Shown: positions 52,287-64,000 of the stretch, piece by piece
Position numbering within the stretch: position 1 is the stretch's first letter
Layout of the letters: each line of letters begins with the position of its first letter
Origin: Octopus vulgaris
Lineage: Eukaryota
NCBI GenBank assembly: GCA_951406725.2
Contig: OX597825.1
Span: forward strand, 12,958,001-13,022,000
DNA: 64,000 bases
Direction: 5' to 3'
The notes under the pieces: model-generated
Database searches by the model: none
Told to the model about the DNA's origin: nothing
Seen by the model: the letters and a program-made list of their open reading frames with translations, nothing else
Translations under genes and position numbers: made by a program

Positions 52287-52989
52287 CAACACACACCTAC
52301 TCTTACACGCACACGGGCACACACGCACACACACACACACACACTCATTCACACAGACAGACACACACATACACACACACACACACACTGCACTCTCGCT
52401 TTCAGGCTGTGAGAAAACGGAATGAGGGCCGTGCCAGAATATAGACAATGGTGTAGATGAATAACTGCATGAATAGACGAATAGAGTGATGGATAAAGAC
52501 ACGATAAGACGAAAAAAAAAGAAGGTAATATGATAAATAAATGGGAAAAAAATAAAAATAAATAAATAGTTCCTTGAATAAATGACTGAATATATGGATG
52601 AATGCGATAAGATCTAAACTGGTGTCTGAGAAAGAATGAAAATATTTCACTGGTGCCTTTCGCTAATCAACGATGAAATAACAAAAGATGCAATGTGCTC
52701 GGTTATTTCAGTTAGGGTCAGTCTGGTTTATGTTAGACGTATTTGTTGACGTTGATGTTGTTGCTGTTGTTGTTGTTGTTGTTGGTAGTGGTGGTGGTGG
52801 TGGTGGTTGTGGTTGTGCCGGTGGTGGAGCCGTTCCTGTTTTGCGTCTTCTTTTTGATATCTTTTTTTTTTCTTTTCTTTGGGTATCTAATGCTGTTGAT
52901 GTGGCTGCTTGTCTGGTTTTTGTTGCGTTTCAAACCTTGACGGAGTTTATGAAATCATGGTGATGTTTATGAAATCATGGTGATGTTTA

Positions 52990-54360
52990 CGGAGTTTATG
53001 AAATCATGAGGATGACGACGACGTCAACGTCGATGGTGTTATAGTTGTTATGAACAGCAAAAAAGATAATATTGATGACAATGACGACGACGACGATGAA
53101 GGTGACAATGATGATGATGAGGAGGAAGAGGATAAAGAAGAGGACAACGACAACAATGATGATGATGATGATGTTGATGAGAACAACAACGCTGATATAT
53201 CTGATAAAGGTAATGATAATAATATCGATAATGATGCTGCGACCGCTGCTGCTGCTGCTGTTCATGATGATGATAATGATGATGGTTACCATGTTGATGG
53301 GACCGAGAATATTGATGTTGCTGTTGTTGGTTTTATTTAATCCCAGGTCCAGTTATTCCATAGTGAGTAGAGATATGGCCAAAGACATTCCAGCTAGGCC
53401 ATCACGTCTTTTACTTACGTACTGTAAATCCACAACTCGTGTTTGAGAAGGCCAAAATGTGTTAACTCTGGCCGATATAGCTGCTATTTCTAGGAGATCG
53501 AAAATCATGTGATAGTGTCACATTTTATGCGCATCCTTACTCGCGTCATGACGATGATGACAACAATGAGGTGGAGGGGGCCATTATTATGATCACGATC
53601 ATGAAGAGGATGTCGATGGTTATGATAATAATTAGGATGTCGACAACGAAGATAATGACACCGATGATGAGGGTGATGTGGCTGATGATGATGAGGAGGA
53701 GGTTGAGGATGGGGATGATGATGAGGAAGATGTGGGTGCTGATGAAGATGTCGAAGAGGATGAGGGGGATAATAATGATGATAATGTGGCTGATGATACT
53801 GATGATGATGATGATGATGATGATAATGATGATGATGATTATGATTATGGTCATGATGATGAATGTGATGATGATCATGATGATAATTATGAAAATGAGG
53901 GTGATGATGGTGATGATGATAATGATGACGAGGAGGAAGAGGAAGCGGATGATGATAATGATAATGATGATGATTATGATGATGAGGAGGGGGATGTTGA
54001 GGATGATGAGGATGAGGACAACGACCAGGTGGAGGTGGATAATTAATATTTTAATCTGGATCGTGGCGGTGATGATGATGATGACAGAGAAGAAGTCCTT
54101 GACGATCGTCATCATAACCATCATCACAATCATCATCATTCTCATTATCCTCATCATGACGAAGACAATACGGATTATAATGACTACGCTTATGATGATG
54201 ACGACGACGACGATGATGATGATGATGACGATGTCGATGACAATAAGTACAGAGACCTTCCTCTCTTCCCTGATTTCTTTATTACTGCTATCACCACCAC
54301 CACCACCACCACCACCACCACCACTACCACCACGAATACCACAACCAGCAGCCACAGCAC
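52990..54360. repeat. Long degenerate (GAT/GAC/GAG/AAT)n low-complexity region
   Basis: Triplet-periodic sequence that yields Asp/Glu-, Met- or Ile-rich ORFs on both strands. Confidence 0.85.
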
Positions 54361-54772
54361 CACCGAACGCGGGCCGAATTCTGTTTATAGACTCTGGCAC
54401 CACTTCACTCTGTCTAGTGAACCGAATGCAAATATTTTGATAAGGCAATTTCGTACGTTGAGGAACAAAAAAAATCTTTTTGTTTATTTCTGCCTCCTTT
54501 TTTTAATGACCCAACCCCGCGCCCTTATCGTTGTCTCTCATCCTCAGACTCTATCTTCCTTCGCAACACACAAATATACAAATATATATACACACACACA
54601 TATACACACACGCAAACACACATATAACGCACACACGGGGGTACACACATGCGCATACACACACATATATGTGAGTGAGTTTTACTACATTAAAACTCAT
54701 ATACATATGTATATATATATATACATATATATGTATATAAATATACATACATATATACACATATATACATGC

Positions 54773-54803
<31 letters not shown>

Positions 54804-54833
54804 TATATATATGTATATATATGTATATATATG

Positions 54834-54872
<39 letters not shown>

Positions 54873-54887
54873 ACATGTATATATATG

Positions 54888-54953
<66 letters not shown>

Positions 54954-54986
54954 AAATAAAATTAAAAACAGAATACAGTACGTACT

Positions 54987-55041
<55 letters not shown>

Positions 55042-55501
55042 TATATTTATGTACATGCATGCGTAGAAACATGTACATGGTATAAATATATAGGTATATT
55101 TATGCAAGTACGTATATAAATGTATGTATTCATAGTTAAATCCATATATATATACATATATATATATGCTAATACATATTTATGTCTATGTGTATGAATG
55201 TATGTGTAGATATATGAGATTTTATCAATGCTTATATTTACAGTTGAGGAAAAGAAAAAAAAAATGACTTGCTTTCATTTTCAAGAAATTAGAAATTCTC
55301 TCACTTACACTTCGTCAATATTGGAGAATGAAGAAATAACGGCTTTCACCGTTATTTCTGGACGTTCGAGACTAAAAGATAAAGCATCAAAGAAACATTT
55401 TGTTTCATTTTAGATCGCACCTAGCATTTGGCGCTTTCTTACCGTATAGTTTATGAAAAATCATATCTGCGTATTTTTCTTAATACATACATAGAAATAC
55501 G

Positions 55502-55603
<102 letters not shown>

Positions 55604-55691
55604 AACACACGCACAAGCACACGCGGACACACCTCACCCATACATATGTATACAGACAAGTATGTATAGATGTATAAATATTTGCGTACAA

Positions 55692-55747
<56 letters not shown>

Positions 55748-55954
55748 TGTGTGTGTGTGTTGCTATAGAGGTTTATCGATGCAAACAAGAAGAATAGACC
55801 TCGTGCTATATAACATACATTTTATTAATAGTTGGCAGAAACAACAGTGGGACAGGGGGGGACGAGAGTTAATTGAATAATTATATGTGTGTGTGTGTGT
55901 GTTTGTATGTCTGCATGTGTGTGTTTGTATATATATAAATAACGATAAACGTCG

Positions 55955-56233
55955 GCGCATGGGTCCGGTTTCCCGATTTCTGTGACGTATGTGTTCACCC
56001 CAGCTGGACGGGAGGCCAGTCCATCGCAGCGTTACTCAAGAAACAGGAAGAGAGAATGAGAGAAAGTTGTGGCGAAAGAGTACAACAGGGATCGCCACCA
56101 CCCCCTGCCAGAGCATCGTGGAGCTTGTAGGTGTTTTCGCTCAATAAACACACACAACACCCAGTCTGGGAATCGAAACCGTGATCCTCCGACCGCGAAT
56201 CGCTGCCCTAACTACTGGGCCATTGCGCCTCCA
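55955..56233 (-). mobile_element. Chimeric SINE: family D head plus family C (V-like) tail
   Basis: Junction CTTCCTGTTTCT|TGAGTAACGCTGCGATGGACTGG on the minus strand at about 56040. Confidence 0.85.
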
Positions 56234-56721
56234 CAAAACAAAGTATGTGAAGGCAGGACCTGGCGCCTTTCCTGCTTCTCCTCCATTCAAAAATTTGTGC
56301 AAACTCACCGACATGAAGGCACGCTGGCAAAACGCTGCTCCTCTAGATGAAAAACTTTACCTGTCATTGGGATTTTCTGGTATGAAACAAAGCATTCCTT
56401 GGCGTCAACTCAAGGAAACAGATATTGAATGATCCACAAGCACTCAAGAAAACTGTGTCCTCAACTTGTTTGATTTGCTAAAAGTTTTCCAAGGCACCAG
56501 CAGCCCTCAAGAAGCACGTTTGTGAAAACAGAACAAGATTAACACTTTATTTTCTTGAAGCCTCCTTGGTCGATCACGACAAGAGAGTCCATCATCATAA
56601 ATTTATGTGTTTATGTGTGTGTGTGTGTGTGTGCGTTTGTGTGTGTGTTTGTGTGTGTTTGCATGTATATATGTATGTACGTATACATACATACATATAT
56701 ATTTATATATACACATATTGG

Positions 56722-56825
<104 letters not shown>

Positions 56826-56838
56826 CATATAGATATGC

Positions 56839-56877
<39 letters not shown>

Positions 56878-57304
56878 CATACATACATACATACATACAT
56901 ACATACATACATACATACATACATACATAAGTATGTACCTACTGTATGAATCTACTTATCTACCTGTCTGTCAATTTTCTGAGTTTCGTCGTTGTTATAG
57001 GTTTAATGCTTAACTGTGTTATATAACAGTATATACCAATATATGAACCGGCTTCCATGTTTGTGTTTGTGTCTCCAACACTGACAATATCCCAATTACC
57101 AAAATATATTGCAAAATAATAAACACAACGTTTAAATTGTCTTTCGTTTTATTGTATTATAATGTTATATATCGTTATTTTTTTTCCAGAAAGGTCTATT
57201 ACATTCGAATAAGTTTTTGCATTTCCAAAATACATTGAGTATACCGGTTTCGCCTCTAATGGAACATTATCAGAGATACAGGATTAATCAGCTAATATAA
57301 ATTT

Positions 57305-57513
57305 TCTTTTACTTTTACTCGTTTCAGTCATTTGACTGTGGCCATGCTTGTGCACCACCTTTAGTCGAAGAAATCTACTCCAAGACTTATTGTTTGTAAA
57401 TCTAGCACTTATTCTATCAGTCTCTTTTGCCGAGCCGCGAAGTTACAGGGACAAAAACAAACCAACATCGGTTGTCAAGCGATGGAGGGAGAACAAACAC
57501 AGACACACAAATA

Positions 57514-57566
<53 letters not shown>

Positions 57567-57710
57567 CGACGGGCTTCTTTCAATTTCCATCTACCAAATC
57601 TAGTTACAAGGCTTTTGTCGGCCCGAGGATATACTAGAAGACACTTGCCCAAGGTGCCACGCAGTCGGAATGAACCTGGAACCATGTGGTTGGTAAGCAT
57701 GCTACTTACT
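57305..57710 (-). mobile_element. SINE family A
   Basis: The reverse complement is homologous to 8194-8601. Confidence 0.88.
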
Positions 57711-58003
57711 TGGCACCAATCACGAGTGGTTCTTTCAGCTATGGCACCCTCTCCATACACAGCAGGAATGTGGCGGACAGCTTTTGCGTCCTTAGAACCT
57801 TGATTAAAAGGAAAAGATGGCGGTGTCGAAAATGATCTGAAAATAAGCAAAAATTAACTAAAATTAAATAGAAAAGAAAAACAAAATAGATTCCAAAAGG
57901 ATTCAAAAATAGAATTCTCGAAACAAAATGGATTCTAAAATTTAAAAACGCAATAAATTCCAAAATTTAAAAAAGAGAACGGTGGGAACTTAGTTGCCAA
58001 CCC

Positions 58004-58006
<3 letters not shown>
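57711..58006 (-). mobile_element. Mariner 5' fragment (TIR plus HTH-coding region)
   Basis: TIR GGGGTTGGCAACTAAGTTCCCACCG. Peptides DHFRH.. and NQGSKDAKAVRHIPAVYGEGAIAERTTRDW. Confidence 0.8.
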
Positions 58007-58066
<60 letters not shown>

Positions 58067-58069
<3 letters not shown>

Positions 58070-58385
58070 TAAGTAACTTGTCTACCAATCACATGGTTCC
58101 GGGTTCAGTCTGTGAGTAGATTTGGTAGACGGAAACTGAAAGAAGCCCGTCGTATATATGTATATATATATATATGCATGTGTGTGTTTGTGTGCCTGTG
58201 TTTGTTCCCTAGCATTGCTTGACAACCGATGCTGGTGTGTTTATGTCCCCGTTACTTAGCGGTTCGTCAAAAGAGACCGATAGAATAAGTACAGGGCTTA
58301 CAAAAGAATAAATCCCGGGGTCGAGTTGCTCGATTAAAGGTGGTGCTACAGCATGGCCGCAGTGAAATGACTGAAACAAGTAAAT
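58067..58385 (+). mobile_element. SINE family A with an internal deletion
   Basis: Homologous to family A, and the tail is intact. Confidence 0.85.
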
Positions 58386-58914
58386 GAGAATGGGTATATA
58401 TATATATATTACATGCATACATGGATATACATGAAATCGGGTACTTCTTTAATCTGTCCAGTGCAGACTGGAGCTTAGCGAAATGCGGTCAGCACATATC
58501 ATTATATCATTTAATCTTTTTTTTTTTTGTTTTTCATTTTCATCCTATAACAATCTGTAGAGTTTCTTTGTAAAATAAAATAGTGCGTATGATATTTATA
58601 GATAGTGAAGAAGTTTCAAATTTTGACCTAATAAAAAGGATTGGGTAGGAGAGTTTTTTGTTTACACTATTTGTGAGATAAGACATAAAGTCTCTTTCAC
58701 GGAATAATCTGCGTATCTGTGTATGCATGAAAACTTACGCACAATAACTTTATACATGCATATGGGCTTGTAGGCATATAGAACATATACATGCATGTGT
58801 TCTATATCGCTACAGACTCACACACACGCATACGTGTGTGTACCCAAAAGAAACCAGAAATTTGCAATATATTTTCTAAACTTAATTGTATATATTTATA
58901 CTTTTATCGTCTTC

Positions 58915-59225
58915 AAAGTATTCTCCATTTCAAACAATGTATCGGTCGTGATGCGTTTTCAACAATTCGAAGCAGTCCTGGAATTCTTGCGAAGTGATGC
59001 CTTTTAACGCTTCCGGGGTTTTTTTTTCTTCCCCTCTTCGACAACTGCAACAAGTTTTCCTTTAAGGATATTTTTCATTCGGAGGAACAAAGAATAGTCA
59101 CAGGGAATAAGATCGGGTGAATAGGAAGAATGGATAGGCGGGGGTCATGTTACTTTTGGTCAAAAACCATATCACACTCAAGGCGGTGTGCGCAGGCTCA
59201 TTGATGTCATGAAACCACCCACTCT
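58915..59225 (-). pseudogene. Mariner transposase catalytic-domain fragment
   Basis: Minus strand encodes HDINEPAHTALSVIWFLTKSNMTP / HSSYSPDLIPCDYSLFLRMKNILKGK (HDNAPAH and YSPDLAPxD motifs), frameshifted. Confidence 0.8.
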
Positions 59226-59268
59226 CCACTCTCCATTGTGATCTTTAAATAATAATAATAATAATAAT

Positions 59269-59362
<94 letters not shown>

Positions 59363-59666
59363 TATTGCTGAGATAAGCTTGCATAACAAGTCTGCTGAGA
59401 CAAAAACAATTGCAGCGTGGAAGGTGTTCATAAGACATTTAAAAACATACAAAAACCGTTAGATTCACTTCAACATTTAAATTCATATATATAGATATAT
59501 AAATTAGAAAAAAAACACATTTTATCAATTCAATATTGAAAAATTAAATTATACCATTTAGAAAAATTACATATTACAGAAAAATTAAATATAAGATAGA
59601 ACATATAACAATGATTAAGTAATATGCAAAATAATAAATAAAACGTATATATATATATATATATAT

Positions 59667-59757
<91 letters not shown>

Positions 59758-60015
59758 TGTAGATATATTTGTATGTGTGTATTTATGTAAATTGATAGGT
59801 AGACAGTTATAGATATTTATAAGTATATGTATATGTGATATACAGTGTATTAAAATTTTCATTCTACCAATACAACCTTTAGCTGTACTTCACTTCTCTT
59901 ATAGGTTGACTAAATGTTACGTCACTCTGCAATCACCTTTAACATTTTTGCTGAGTATATGTTTGCTTACGGTCTTTCTACAGACGCATGTATTATATTT
60001 GTGTGTGCACGCGTG

Positions 60016-60091
<76 letters not shown>

Positions 60092-60424
60092 CGTTTTCTC
60101 TCTTTCCACATGTTCGTATCTCTTATTTTTCCTGAATTCAGTCCTCTCGTCAATCAGGCAGGCCATATCATCCACAATCAGTCTGCCATCTGTTTTCCTC
60201 ATCACTTCAGTGCATACCATCGGTCATTTTGCCAGTCTGGTGTCATAATACATACTTACATATTATAAATATATCCACCGTGTTTCGAAGTTTTCAGTGC
60301 TTTGCACTCAAAACTTGGAGCCATTTAACGATATGAAAACAAGGAAAAAATATTTTCACTTCATAGCATAGGTGTGTATACAAAGACATATACATGCACA
60401 CCAGCACGCGTACGATTATACATA

Positions 60425-60636
60425 CTCTTTTTTTAGTCTTTTACTTGTTTCACTCATTTGACTGCGCCTGTAGTCGAGTAAATTGACCCCAGTACTTATT
60501 CTATCGGTCTCTTTCGCCGAACTGCTAAGTTATGGGGACGTAAACACACCTGCATCGGTTGACAAGCGATGTTGGGAGGGGGGGCAAACACAGACACACA
60601 AACATATACACACACATACATACATACATACATACA

Positions 60637-60672
<36 letters not shown>

Positions 60673-60845
60673 TACATACATATATATGACGGGCTTCTTT
60701 CAGTTTCCATCTACCAAATCCACTTACATGGCTTTAGTTGGGCCAAGGCTATAGTAGAAGACACTTGCCCAAGGTGCCACACAGAGGGAATGAACCCGGA
60801 ACCATGTGGTTGGTAAGCAAGCTACTTACCACACAACCACTCCTA
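60425..60845 (-). mobile_element. SINE family A
   Basis: Homologous to family A, with the internal (CATA)n expanded. Confidence 0.85.
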
Positions 60846-60994
60846 TGCATCTATTGCTAGTTAATTAGTTCTTTCAGATTTTGGCACAAGGATAGACAAT
60901 AAATTTAGTAGGCGAGTTTTTTCAGTACTATCCACAAAAAATACTTGACTGGTAGCTTATTGAAACCACAACGGATCTTTATTTCTTTATTGCT

Positions 60995-61191
60995 CGACAC
61001 GCTAACGATTTTGACAGCTCACCAACTATATGACGTTGCTTTATATTCTGATGTTTGTGTTTTAATTAGCTTTTCTAATGAAATAAGGATATTGACAAAG
61101 GAAATAATAAGAAAAGCTAATTAAAACACAAACATCAGAATATAAAGCAACGTCATATAGTTGGTGAGCTGTCAGAATCGTTAGCGTGTCG
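60995..61191. repeat. 82-bp inverted repeat (1 mismatch) with a 33-nt spacer
   Basis: Arms at 60995-61076 and 61110-61191. Confidence 0.92.
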
Positions 61192-61220
61192 GAGTAGTTG
61201 TCAATATCCTTATTTCATTA

Positions 61221-61420
61221 GGTCGGCGAGCTGGCAGAATCATTTGCACGTCGGGCAAAATGCCGTTATGTTTTGAGTTCAAATTCCGCCGAGGTCGACT
61301 TTGCCTTTCATCCTTTCGGAGTCGATTAAATAAGTACCAGTTATGCACTGGAGTCGATGTAAACGACTTAATCCCTTTGTCTGTCCTTGTTTGTCCCCTC
61401 TGAGCAATAAAGAAATAAAG
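61221..61420 (+). mobile_element. SINE family B with 15-bp TSD
   Basis: TSD ATCCTTATTTCATTA at 61206-61220 and 61421-61435. Confidence 0.88.
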
Positions 61421-61942
61421 ATCCTTATTTCATTATTAAGGCGGTATCGAAATTTCTAGCAACCATTACAAACTCTTCACTCCACCCCCCATCAACTCCT
61501 AATCTGTTATTGTCACAGCAGGAGTTTGTTTAAACTGGTCCCTTTCTTCCTCATTATAATGGGCTCCAATGATTACTTTAAAGATATGAAGTAAAATCTA
61601 ATGGGGTCTTGTTCCTTCAAGGTTTTTCTTACCTCGTCCGTGGACACTGAATTTTATTCCTGTTGCTATTAAGGGAGAACTACAGGAGTTTGCTGAAGCC
61701 CCGTGCATTGCCTTCACAGTTTGCGCTGTGACTATACGTACAAAAAGGGCTTTTTTTGTTAGTCTTTCTGTGGGCATTCTGACGGCATGTTTATTTTAAT
61801 AATCCGCGATAAACAGCGAACAGCAGATAACCAGGTGTCAACTGGCTTTGTTTTTCTTAGATTTAACAACTGCACTAATTTCTAGATTTAGCATGGATTC
61901 TTTTGATCGGTTAAACACACACACTCACACACACACACACAC

Positions 61943-62079
<137 letters not shown>

Positions 62080-62276
62080 AGATACATACACATGTGTTCG
62101 CTAGCGGAAATACTTATCTCCTATATTACAAAATAGAACTTAGTTCACTCAAATATATCTATCAAAACAATTAGCGTATTTTCATGCTTTTCTTCTTATA
62201 TATACCTACATATATATACACGTGTGTATGTGTGTGTATGTATAGTATGATATTATATAATATTATATGATATATG

Positions 62277-62482
62277 GGTTTCAAATTTCGACACAAGGCC
62301 AGCAATTTGGAGGAAAGCGTGTAGGCAATGACATCAACTCTGTACTTAACCAGTACTGTTATCGACCCCGAAGGGATGAAACGTAAAGTCAACTTCGGGG
62401 GAATTTGAACTCAGAATATAAAGACAGACGAATTGCTGCTAAGCATTTTACCCGTCGTACTAACGTTTCTGCCAGCCAGCTC
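62277..62482 (-). mobile_element. SINE family B variant
   Basis: GGAATTTGAACTCAGAA..TAACGTTTCTGCCAGC. Its tail resembles that of the 10828 copy. Confidence 0.78.
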
Positions 62483-62594
62483 CCTTAGCTAGATTAACTA
62501 AAGATTATACATACATTGATGCAAACCGACACGAATGGGATTCCTGTAGATCCGTTTGACGCTAAAATTGATGTTTAAGCGACTGGGCACTCTT

Positions 62595-62800
62595 GTGGCA
62601 CACATACAAAGTGATTATGCATGACTCAGCATGTGGCAAGGCCGACCCTTTCAAATACAGATACTACTCATTTTTGCCAGCTGAGTGGACTGGTGCAACG
62701 GGAAATGAAGTGTCTTGCTCAGGGACACAACGCGTCGCCAGACGTCGAACCCACGATCGTCAGCCAAGTACCCTAAGCACTTAGCCACTCTCCTTCACAC
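62595..62800 (-). mobile_element. Chimeric SINE: family C head (Meta-like) plus family D tail
   Basis: Minus strand reads CAGCTGGCAAAAATGAGTA|GTATCTGTATTTGAAAGGGTCGGCCTTG. Confidence 0.75.
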
Positions 62801-62955
62801 GCACACAAAGACACACACACACACGTGCATGTGCATACATATATAAATATATATATACTTACATGCATATATATATATACATACATATATATATATATAT
62901 ATATAGAAATATACATATATATACATATATATATATACATATATATATATATAAA

Positions 62956-63038
<83 letters not shown>

Positions 63039-63249
63039 CTGTGTATGTAGGTGTTTTTCGCATTCATATATTAACAGTTTAGATTTTAAATATAAAAATA
63101 TGAAACCATTATTTTATGCTAATTTAGTTAATTGTAAGATAGAAATTTAAATGAAGTAAAATGCTTTAAAATAAATTTTAAGTGCATACGTGACAACTGT
63201 AATCCTACTTTAGGGCCACCCTCTCTCTCTCTCTTTCCCTCTCTCTCTG

Positions 63250-63280
<31 letters not shown>

Positions 63281-63440
63281 ATTAGGGCTTAGTAGAATAA
63301 ATCAATTTGCCACATACTGAACTTTCTAGAAATAGCAGCCAAAACGTTTTTTAGCTATTTCCACTACTTTAAGAAAAATTCTCCCAGATAGAGTTTACTC
63401 AAAAATTGATTAATAACTAATTAATTTTAGCCTCAATTAT

Positions 63441-63471
<31 letters not shown>

Positions 63472-63476
<5 letters not shown>

Positions 63477-63819
63477 CCTTAAATCCTTAAAAATGTTTTA
63501 GCCCGAAGGCCGCGGCCATGCTGGGGCACCACCGTTGAATGAGCTACACTAATTTGTGAATCCACCTCTGATACGTGGCACTTGATCAACAAGGGAGTTC
63601 GATGCTGCTGCCCGCATCCGCGTCTCCTGTCGTGAGGTAGGCTCATCTGGGACTCCCAACAAGAAGAGATCCAGTTTAGTTTTAAAGAAACCCACATCCA
63701 CACCATGTAAGTCTCTCAGGCATTTAGGGAGGATGTTAAAGAGCTGTGGTCCTCTGAAACCCAAGCTGTTGCAGTATCTGGACCTGTATTTTGATGGTGA
63801 TGTTGGAATCCTTGGCACC

Positions 63820-63821
<2 letters not shown>
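63472..63821 (-). mobile_element. CR1-group LINE 3' end (ORF2 C-terminus, 3'UTR stem-loop and AAGGATTT tail)
   Basis: Encodes ..NSLGFRGPQLFNILPKCLRDLHGVDVGFFKTKLDLFLLGVPDEP..AAASNSLVDQ*. 3'UTR reads GGTGGTGCCCCAGCATGGCCGCGGCCTTCGGGCTAAAACA. Confidence 0.88.
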
Positions 63822-63868
<47 letters not shown>

Positions 63869-64000
63869 CACACAAACACAGAAAGGGGGAGAGAAAGAAA
63901 ACGTGGGAGAGAGAGAGAGAGAGATCGGAACAGGTGGACACGCGCGCAGTTAGAAGTGGTCGCAATGCCTGGTGGGAAAGATGATACAGCACTCTGAGCT

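Noticed and set aside
62543-62560. miR-10-like string CCTGTAGATCCG
   Set aside because: Only 12 nt match. The seed-side 5' end and the 3' end differ, and no precursor hairpin is evident.

Overview
AT-rich animal genomic DNA that is almost entirely repeats. The repeat landscape suggests an octopus, but this is an inference. I recognise no host protein-coding exon, and nearly all ORFs in the supplied track are translations of microsatellites. The only long real ORF is a 5'-truncated but uninterrupted Penelope-like retroelement of Neptune type (RT plus C-terminal GIY-YIG endonuclease, 27077-28474). The rest is about 30 tRNA-derived SINE copies from four families that swap modules, CR1-group LINE fragments, an RTE-derived non-autonomous element, decayed Tc1/mariner and hAT transposons and MITEs, and very many microsatellites. 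The most interesting signal is a dispersed set of small non-coding elements carrying minimal type I hammerhead ribozyme (HHR) motifs, mostly docked on (TA)n tracts. It includes a 354-nt tandem retrozyme-like unit (42503-43085), a diverged relative with covarying hairpins (21578-21798), and a tRNA-promoter-headed HHR element with Penelope-type architecture (11105-11519). Several fold-back or templated-inversion structures are also present. All calls were made by eye; element boundaries are approximate and ribozyme activity is untested.
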